A DNA stretch of 64,000 nt from Octopus vulgaris (taxonomy: Eukaryota), in contig OX597817.1 in the NCBI GenBank assembly GCA_951406725.2, forward strand, positions 115,320,001 to 115,384,000, given 5' to 3'. Positions 55,801 through 64,000 of the stretch are shown piece by piece (the first letter of the stretch is position 1; each line of letters begins with the position of its first letter). The notes beneath the pieces are model-generated. The model did not search any database. It worked only from the letters and a program-made list of their open reading frames with translations, and was not told where the DNA came from. The position numbers and the translations under genes were made by a program.

Positions 55801-56023
55801 TACAGGGTAAATGTTTTTTAAATTTTCTCCTGGTTTACTGAATTAACTTTTATTTGCGGTTGAAGCTTTGGCTGTTATTTCTAGTGGGTGAATGGCCTAT
55901 TATGGCCGTTCCTTTATTGTTGATGTTAAACTTAAAAATGGTCTATGACTATTTTAATTTTTTCCTACTAGGCCGCTGGTGGCAAAAGAATTCTACAAAA
56001 TTTTTTTTGCCACCCTATATTGA

Positions 56024-56072
<49 letters not shown>

Positions 56073-56086
56073 GTATATATTATATA

Positions 56087-56145
<59 letters not shown>

Positions 56146-56677
56146 TTCGATGCTCGGAGATTATATTCCACTCTCTGCAAAATGCGTTATCACTGTAGTC
56201 CAATGAAATCAATATAGCAATCTGCATTATATATTAAATTATTTAATGTATTATTCTCTTTCGTTCATCCATGGTTTGACATCCAATTCTTCTGGGGTCA
56301 ACATTCATATTTCTTCTCCTAAACGTTCTGGGGTGACTATAATTAGCATTAGCAATATGCTGTAATAGATTTTAAACGCACATATGCTTTCGCTACAAAT
56401 AACTCCCCTGTGTCCTGCCACGAGAAACTGACACTCTGGCATTTAATAAGACCACAAATTATAATCAGTGGTGACGTTAATTAGACAACTGGCAATTATC
56501 AATTCTCTTCTGCACCCTAAAGACGCAGATTCACTATTCGCTACTTTTAGGAGGTGTTATATAAAAACTCGATCTTCTATCCATCGTTATATTAGCAGAT
56601 GTTCAGCTACATTTCTGTTGCAGAAATAGCAATACGCAATTTTCCAGTTGTTCTTGGCTACATATTGTCAGAAGAAT

Positions 56678-56708
<31 letters not shown>

Positions 56709-56761
56709 CTCTCTCTCTCTCTCACATATGTGCATACACACCCGTACAAACATATAATTAT

Positions 56762-56965
56762 TGGTTTCAGATTTTGGCACAAGGCCAGGAATTTGGGGAT
56801 GGAGTTAAGTACTCGAGCCTAGTACTCGACTTGCAATTATTCTATCGACTCCCAAACGGATGAAAGACCGTCGATCTCGGTGGATTTGAACTCAGAACGT
56901 AAAGACGGATGAAATGCCGCTAAGCATTTTGCTCGCCGTGCTACTGATTGTGCCAGCTCGCTAAC
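56762..56965 (-). mobile_element. tRNA-derived SINE
   Basis: GATTTGAACTCAGAACGTAAAGACGGATGAAATGCCGCTAAGCATTTTG..GCCAGCTCGC. Confidence 0.7.
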
Positions 56966-57993
56966 CTACACACACACTTACACACACACATACATACACA
57001 TACATACACACCCTTTTATATAATTATTAACAAGGACAATAGCGTGAGCAATTCGTTCTATTACATAATTTTAGAAGTGTTTAATCGATATTTTATCAGC
57101 AGTGCATTGTTAAAACCTAAGTAAAATATCAGACATGGATCGTCTTCACTCCACCATTTTATTATGAAAATACATGTTTTGTATGTTGTGTTTTGAAGAA
57201 AACTCTTTCTAATTGTGATTCTTTATATAATTTTCGTTTGTCAGTTATTTTGTATCGTTTTCATTGACAACAAGCTAACAATTTTATTATAAAGTTATTG
57301 CAGCCTGAAGCCTTCTTACTGTCTTCCAAAATACTAAGTCTAATCATACTTACGTGTAAAATTTTATTATTGCTATGTTGTTAGAATTATATTACCTCGA
57401 AAATAATTGTTACAAAAAGTACATCGTATGTAGGTCAACTTTTCATACTTGTAATAGCATTTCTTAAAGTACAATTTTCTTATCTTAATGTTCATCGTAT
57501 TCAATTTAGTGCTGTTATAAACATTCCCACTCTCTATTGCCGATGATGTTCTCACCATTTTTGGTTGTCTAACTTATAGAGTGACAAAAATCTCTGCATT
57601 TCGCTGTAGAGTCTCATTTATCTAACTCGCGCTTCATTAACTGACGATTGTGAGACAGCTAATTTTCGAGTCGCCGTTATCCACACACACATACAAATAC
57701 TGACACATAGTATTCGATTTTGTTAATATCGCTTAATTTTCACAAAATATCTAGCAGTTAATCACAGTTATTATTTACCCAAGAGTTTGTGAAAAATGAA
57801 AGTAAGGTCTAATTCTCAATAACCAAAAATGAAAGCACGTAAGTGAATTGACACTGAAACCCCACCAAAAGAATAGTATATTCAAACCCGCACACACATA
57901 CAGACACATATCAGAAGGAAAAATGATTAATAAATCCAGATATTTATAATGCACTCAGTGTCATGTGTGTACGTGTGTTTCCTTGTAGGAAAG

Positions 57994-58040
<47 letters not shown>

Positions 58041-58049
<9 letters not shown>

Positions 58050-58365
58050 CAATATAGGGTAGCAAAAAATTCAAGAAAAAATTCAAGAAAAATTTTCTGC
58101 AACCAGCGGTCAAGTGAGAAAATAGAAATAGTCACAGACTATATAATATACTCAACAAAATATTAAGGAAAGACCCTTACAGGTCATTCGACTCACTTGA
58201 AAAGAGCAGCCAAAACTCAAACCGCAAAAATAGTAGTAATTCTGAAAGCTAAAGGAGAATTTCTCCTTTAACTTTCAGAATTACTACTATTTTTGCGGTT
58301 TGAGTTTTGGCTGCTCTTTTCAAGTGAGTCGAATGACCTGTAAGGGTCTTTCCTTAATATTTTGT

Positions 58366-58367
<2 letters not shown>
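58041..58367. repeat. Diverged relative of the 493-bp unit forming a near-perfect palindrome
   Basis: Arms 58153-58259 and 58261-58367 are 107 bp each, with 1 mismatch and a 1-nt spacer. Shares TCAATATAGGGT.GCAAAAAA..CCAGCGG..AAATAGTCA.AGAC and CAGCCAAA..AACCGCAAA..GGAGAA with the 493-bp unit. (TA)n on both sides. Confidence 0.85.
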
Positions 58368-58405
<38 letters not shown>

Positions 58406-58731
58406 CATATTTCAGCATATATATTGTAAAATTTGAACGCCATATATCTTTATCTGGCCTTTACAAAATAAATCATTCTGAAATATGATGATGGTTATAA
58501 ATTTTGGTACATGCCCACCAACTTTAGGATTTGGGGTTAATTAGATTGAATCAACTCTAGTCTTCATCTGGTAATTATTTTCATCTTTTTGAACCAGAAC
58601 GGATGAAGGGTAAATTCGATCTCGACCGAATTCCTAAATATAATTATAATTTGTAAGGAAGGCACAACAGCAGCAATTTTTAGAGAAGGTCAGTCGATTT
58701 CAAAGCCGAGTACTCCATTGGTGCTAAATTT

Positions 58732-58803
<72 letters not shown>

Positions 58804-58814
58804 AATGATAATAA

Positions 58815-61800
58815 TTTCGCTGCTCTGACCTGGTAATTGCGCAACCTGATAATCGTTACCTCATATGAGTGACAATGCAAAAACAAAATATTGTGAATAA
58901 CGGTGGGAATAAAACTGAAACCAATGATGGCGACAGTGGTACACCCGGTAGGCTCAGAGATTCTGGTGTGGCTCCAACCTGTCGATATCCAGAAAGGGAC
59001 CACCACACACGGCGTAGATGGAGCAAGCAAATTAATGCTGTGGTCATGGAGTGTTACTACCTTAGTAGCCCGGTAGATGACAATGGCACTCAAATTAGGG
59101 GTTACTGATAAAGTATGTATAATCATTGGAGAGAAAAGGGATCGTTTCAACTCACGGAACAAAGACTATGTGATCAAGCTAGAGTAATAAGAAAAAATTG
59201 TTGGTTCACAGAAGTAGAGTTCAAAGCTATCAAAAGACGGGTCATGGAAAATAGTAGCAGAGGCAACAATGAAGATAAAGTTCTTACTAATAAGTGTAAT
59301 CCCATAGCACAGGAAAGGGGTAGTGGTAGTTTACTTGATGAGAGACATATTGATGATCTAAAAGAAGACAATAAAACTAATGGGGACATGACAGATGAAC
59401 AAAAGGCAATCTACGACTAAATAAAGGTAAGACTACAGGAGAACGATAGCAACATTATTTGCAACCTTGAAAAGTTTGATCGATGGAAATTGAACAAAGA
59501 AACGAAAAATGCCAATGAAATTCTGAAATACATCACAACAAAAACATCAAAGAAACAAACATTTTGATCAAGGCATCAAGTATTGTTGTAGCAGATAATG
59601 TACGTGTTGATGTCAAGAAAAAGAAATGTAATGGGAGTGACAGAAGAAAATATCCATGGTGGAAAAGAAGAATTCAGGCGAGGTTATTAGATATGCTCTG
59701 GAAGGACATTTCTGTGTTAGACCGAAAAGAGAAGTGGGTGCTTAAAAGCAAAGAAAATTACCGGGCACTGGATAGGAAATATTAAAAGAAAGGGATTAAA
59801 ATTGGTAATGGAGGTACTAAAACAGCGCCTCGTTGCAAAGAAGGCAAAGATAGTAAGATACGACCACAGAATGAAGGGATACCAGCAGAATAGATAATTC
59901 AGAGTAGATCAGAAGAGATTCTATAATGAAATGAATGGAAATTGTACAGATGAAAAATTGATACCAGCTAACATCGAAAGTCAAAGATTTTGGAGTGACA
60001 TCTGGAGCAAAGACAAGGAGCACAAGAAGGATACTGAATGATTGCAGGAACTGAAACAAACAGTAGTCTGTTCAAAACAGACAGAACTAGTCATTTCAGT
60101 AAGGGAATTGAAGGAAATCAGCAAAAACAAAAGGCCCCGGGACCAGATGGAGTTCAAGGCTACTAGATAAAAGTTTTTGTTGAATATTATGCCCGAATAG
60201 CTGCACAATTCAATGCCGACCAAATAACACCAGAGTGATTGACAATGCGTAGGACAGTGCTGTGCTTGATAAACATTGAAAAAAGCAATACGGTAGACAA
60301 TTACAGGCCGGTATCCTGCTTGCCACTTATGTGGAAATTATTTATTTCTGGAATAATCTCCAGAGTCAATGTACTGACATCTGGAAAAATGGAGTCCTGC
60401 CAGAAGGGTTGCAAGCGTAAGTGCAGAGGTACCAAGGATCAACAAGTAGACAAAACTGTACTTAAAGAATGTAAGAGGAGGAAAATTAACCTAGCTATAT
60501 CATGGATCGGCTATCGTAAGGCGTACGATATGATCCCACATTCTTGGATTGTGGAATGTATGATCGTATTTTGTATTGCATTGAATGTTGAGCGATTGCT
60601 TAGAAAAAGTATGGCGAAGTGGTGGACAGAACTGGCAGCATATGGAAGAAGTTTAGGGAAAATAGAAATCAGTAGAGGCATCTTCCAAGGGGACTTCCTT
60701 TCTCAACTGATCTTTGTACTGTGCCTGATACCACTAATACTGATTCTGAGGAAAGCAAAGGCCGGTTATGTATTCAAAAGCTGCCAACAAAAAGTCAGCC
60801 GCTTGTTATTCATGGATGACTTCAAACTTTATGGCAAGGATGAATCCCAAGTCAGTTCCCTCGTTGATACGGTGTATAATTTCAGTGCCGATATCAGAAT
60901 GGATTTCGGACTGAAAAAGTGTGGTATGTTAGTTTTGAAGCGAGGCAAAATCAAATGTGTGGATGGGCTAGCGATACCGTCGGGGCAGGTTATGAAGCAG
61001 ATAGAAGAGACGGGCTATACGTACTTGGGGATATTGGAAATGCATAAATTGTTGGAGAAAGAAATGACAAGAAAATTTAAGGCAGAGAACTTGTTCAGAA
61101 TGAGAATGATCCTTAAATCGAAATCAAATGGATGGAATAAGATTGAAGCTATCAGCACCTGGGCGGTTTCACTACTTAGAGGACTGACTGGATGCGAACA
61201 CAGCGTTAGAAGAAAACAACATAGCATGGTATGCAAAAAATGACAGAGAACCACTATTATTGGAAGTAAGAAGATCAGGATTATGTAGGATGGAAAATCG
61301 GAAAGATAAAGCAGTTTACAAGGACTTAAGAATGAATGAAACTGAAAATATGTGGAGAAAGAAAGGAATGCATGAACAATTTCATAGGGTTGTTGAAGAT
61401 GACTAAAAGTGATTTAAAACCGGAAACGGAGGCTCTAATCTGTGCTGCCCAACAGCAAGCATTGAGAACCAATTGCATCAAAGGCAGAATAAAAAACACA
61501 CCAGAAAGTGATAAGTGCAGACATTGTGGACAAAAAGGTGAAACCGTATGACATATTACCAGTCGACGTACGCCACTAGCACAGAAAGAATATAAGAGAT
61601 GTCATGGCAATATAGCATGGATTGTCCATTGGAAAATTTGCAACAAGTATGGACTTGACAGGAAAAAAATGTGGTATGAACTTAAACCCGAAGGCATCAT
61701 CGAAAATGATACTGAAAAGATCCTATGGGATTTTATGATTCTGTGCGACCATGAGATAGAGAATAGGAAACCAGCTGACAACAAGGTATGCGATAAGGAA

Positions 61801-62008
61801 GGAAGAAAAGTCGATAGATATGACAAGTTAGCTTGGGAGTTTAAGCAGATGTGGTCGCTGGAAAAGATGGTAGTAGTAAAATTAATTGTCGGAACACTGA
61901 GAACAGTGATTCAAGATGTTGAGAAGTACATGGAATAAATTAAACAGATGCTGAAATAAGAGTAGAGCAATTGAAGAAAACAGCACTGCTTGGGACTGCT
62001 CGAATACA
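58815..62008 (+). mobile_element. Near full-length, degenerate R4/Dong-like non-LTR retrotransposon
   Basis: N-terminal RRRWSKQIN..MECYY and LTEQRLCDQARVI. RT motifs YRPVSCLP, QKGC..RGTKDQ, YRKAYDMIPH, RGIFQGD, LLFMDDFKLY. Knuckle CRHC..H. RLE region WDF..D..ENRKP. Many stops and frameshifts. Preceded by (TAA)n/(TGA)n. Confidence 0.9.
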
Positions 62009-62011
62009 ATC

Positions 62012-62225
62012 GCTTTTACTATAGGTATAAGGCCTGAAATTTTTGGGAAAGGGACTGGTCTATTTCATTGACCCCAGTATTCAACAGGTACTTATTTTAT
62101 CGATCCCCCGACAAGATGAAAGACAAAGTCGACCACGAGGCAATTTGAACTCAGAAGGTAAAGACAGACCAAATGCGGCTATACATTTTGTCCGGCTTTC
62201 TAACGATTCTACCAGCTCACCACCT
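62012..62225 (-). mobile_element. tRNA-derived SINE
   Basis: GACCCCAGTATTCAACAGGTACTTATTTTATCGA..AAAGTCGACCACG..TTTGAACTCAGAA..CTAACGATTCTACCAGCTC. Confidence 0.7.
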
Positions 62226-63215
62226 CAGAAAAACTTCATGATGTACTTGTAGATATAATATATTTAAAAAATTAGTAATAATACGGAAAAGTACCTGACC
62301 GAAAGGCAAAACAACGGTGTATATGAATTCACAGACAATGGACTGGTCATTCCTTTCTTCTTTGTATTGTGTTTGCTAACATTGCTAGGCATAGTTAACA
62401 CTAGATATAAAATCCCGTCGCAAATTATAGGAGCTCTATTACCAAAAAATTTACACGCCTTTCATTAGCTTGCTGTGTTACGTTTAAAGTGTTTCATGAG
62501 GATAGCCTGAGGAAGTACGGTTGCTACTGTATTTGCAAGTGTATTTCACACTGCAGGGAGACAAACATTTCACTGGGGCAACGGCGATTCAGTGCGTTTT
62601 GAGACTCATTAAATACACAGCATTATATTTATTCCTGGGCCCTCCGAACCGTTTATTCTGCCTAATACATCTTTAATATTAGATAGTGTAGTAGATATCC
62701 TATTATCAGAAAATTGTACATAGTCGCTCTTGATAAGGCAATATTGATTGAAAATAACAGAGAAAGTATTTCGTTTTCATTCCGGTTGTCAAATATTGTA
62801 TTGAATCTTATTTTAAAAGAGATCTAATTCAAGCAAGTTCTCCATGTTAAATAAATTTCATTTAATATGAACAATAATATTATCATGTTTTCTGCGGAAA
62901 TATTTGATTTCTATCTGTTGCTTTTAATGTATCAGACTGTTGCAATTCTAATTTAATTATGGTAAGTAAGAGATACAATATCGATGAACGTGCAGGAACA
63001 CGAATGAATATATATAGTTGTCCAGTTATTATTTACGCCATATTTATGGATTAAATTTCATCTGAACAAAGCCCCTTCATAAGACCAAACACTTGAAGGT
63101 CAGTAGATATAAGGAATGAATTTAAATACTGAGATTGAAATATTAAAATTACATCAGTTCATACAGTGTAAATATAGGGATCAGAGTTTCCACGTGTGTG
63201 TGCCTATTTGTGTAC

Positions 63216-63284
<69 letters not shown>

Positions 63285-63312
63285 CATTGGTTGCTTGGAG
63301 CTAAGAGTATGA

Positions 63313-64000
63313 CTTGAAAAGCAGCCTGCAACCTCTGCACCAGGCAAACAACTAAAAAACAAGAAACCACCAGTCCTGCGGTTGACAAGCTGGAATGTCA
63401 GGACCAAGTGCCCTGGAATATTTGATGATCTACCCAGGGTTGAAGACACAAAGAAAACGGCCATCATTGACCGTGAACTAAAGAGGCTTAACTTAGACAT
63501 TGCTGGGCTACAAGAGACAAGACTTCCCTCAAACGGCAAACTCAAAAAACAGAATTTCACCTTATTTTGGTATGGAAGCGATCCAAAAGAACTTCGTCAG
63601 CATGGCGTTGGCTTTGCAGTGACAAACTCATTACTCTCCTCAATAGAACCACCATCAGGAGGCACTGAGCGTATCATCTCACTGCGCCTCTCGACTTCTT
63701 CTGGCTCAGTACATCTACTCAGCATCTATGCTCCCACTCTCTACAGCTCAGAGGAGACCAAGGACCAGTTCTACAAAGATCTCAACTGTGTCATAAAAAC
63801 TATACCAACAACTGAAAATATCTACCTTCTAGGGGACTTTAACGCTCGCGTGGGATCTGACCATGATTCGTGGCCCATTTGTGTTGGACACTTTAGTATT
63901 GGCAACATGAATGACAATGGTCAGAGACTACTCGAATTCTGCACATACCATAAACTGTGCATGACAAACACATTCTTTACCAACAAGCCATCCCACAAGG
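63313..64000 (+). CDS. APE endonuclease domain of an RTE-clade LINE (open frame runs off the window end)
   Basis: Stop-free frame reading LTSWNVRT, LDIAGLQETR, HGVGFAV, SIYAPT, LGDFNARVG, NDNGQRLLEFC..NTFF. Confidence 0.9.

Larger units (their letters stand above)
53921..56031. mobile_element. Fold-back array of ~493-bp hammerhead-containing units (candidate non-LTR retrozyme) in (TA)n
   Basis: Left arm 53921-54879 has ~1.95 units (period 493). Right arm 54879-56031 has ~2.3 units (period 492) in the opposite orientation. Units differ mainly in homopolymer lengths. (TA)n on both flanks. Confidence 0.85.

Noticed and set aside
53921-56031. CRISPR array or plain satellite interpretation
   Set aside because: There are no unique spacers or cas genes, and the context is eukaryotic. 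The intact hammerhead and defined termini argue against a featureless satellite.

Overview
AT-rich, microsatellite-dense eukaryotic DNA. The SINE and LINE repertoire points to a cephalopod (Octopus-like) intergenic or intronic region; this is an inference, and I found no host exon. Almost all short ORFs in the track are translated microsatellites. Main contents: (1) a complete, apparently intact Helitron (36184-42343) with a TC...hairpin-CTAG structure, an A|T insertion site and an uninterrupted RepHel ORF carrying 23-aa STPR-like repeats; (2) degenerate Penelope-like, R4/Dong-like, RTE, Tx1/L1-like and Tc1/mariner elements plus many tRNA-derived SINEs; (3) the most interesting feature, a 2.1-kb fold-back array of ~493-bp near-identical units (53921-56031) inserted in (TA)n. 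Each full unit carries a complete type I hammerhead ribozyme with an unusually long stem II, two on each strand, making this a candidate non-LTR retrozyme or circular-RNA element. A diverged relative forms a 107-bp-arm palindrome at 58153-58367 and shares the same two termini. A separate compact hammerhead sits at ~20.0 kb, and more degenerate ones lie at ~8.2 and ~53.05 kb. All folds and motif matches were read by eye; no search or computation was run.
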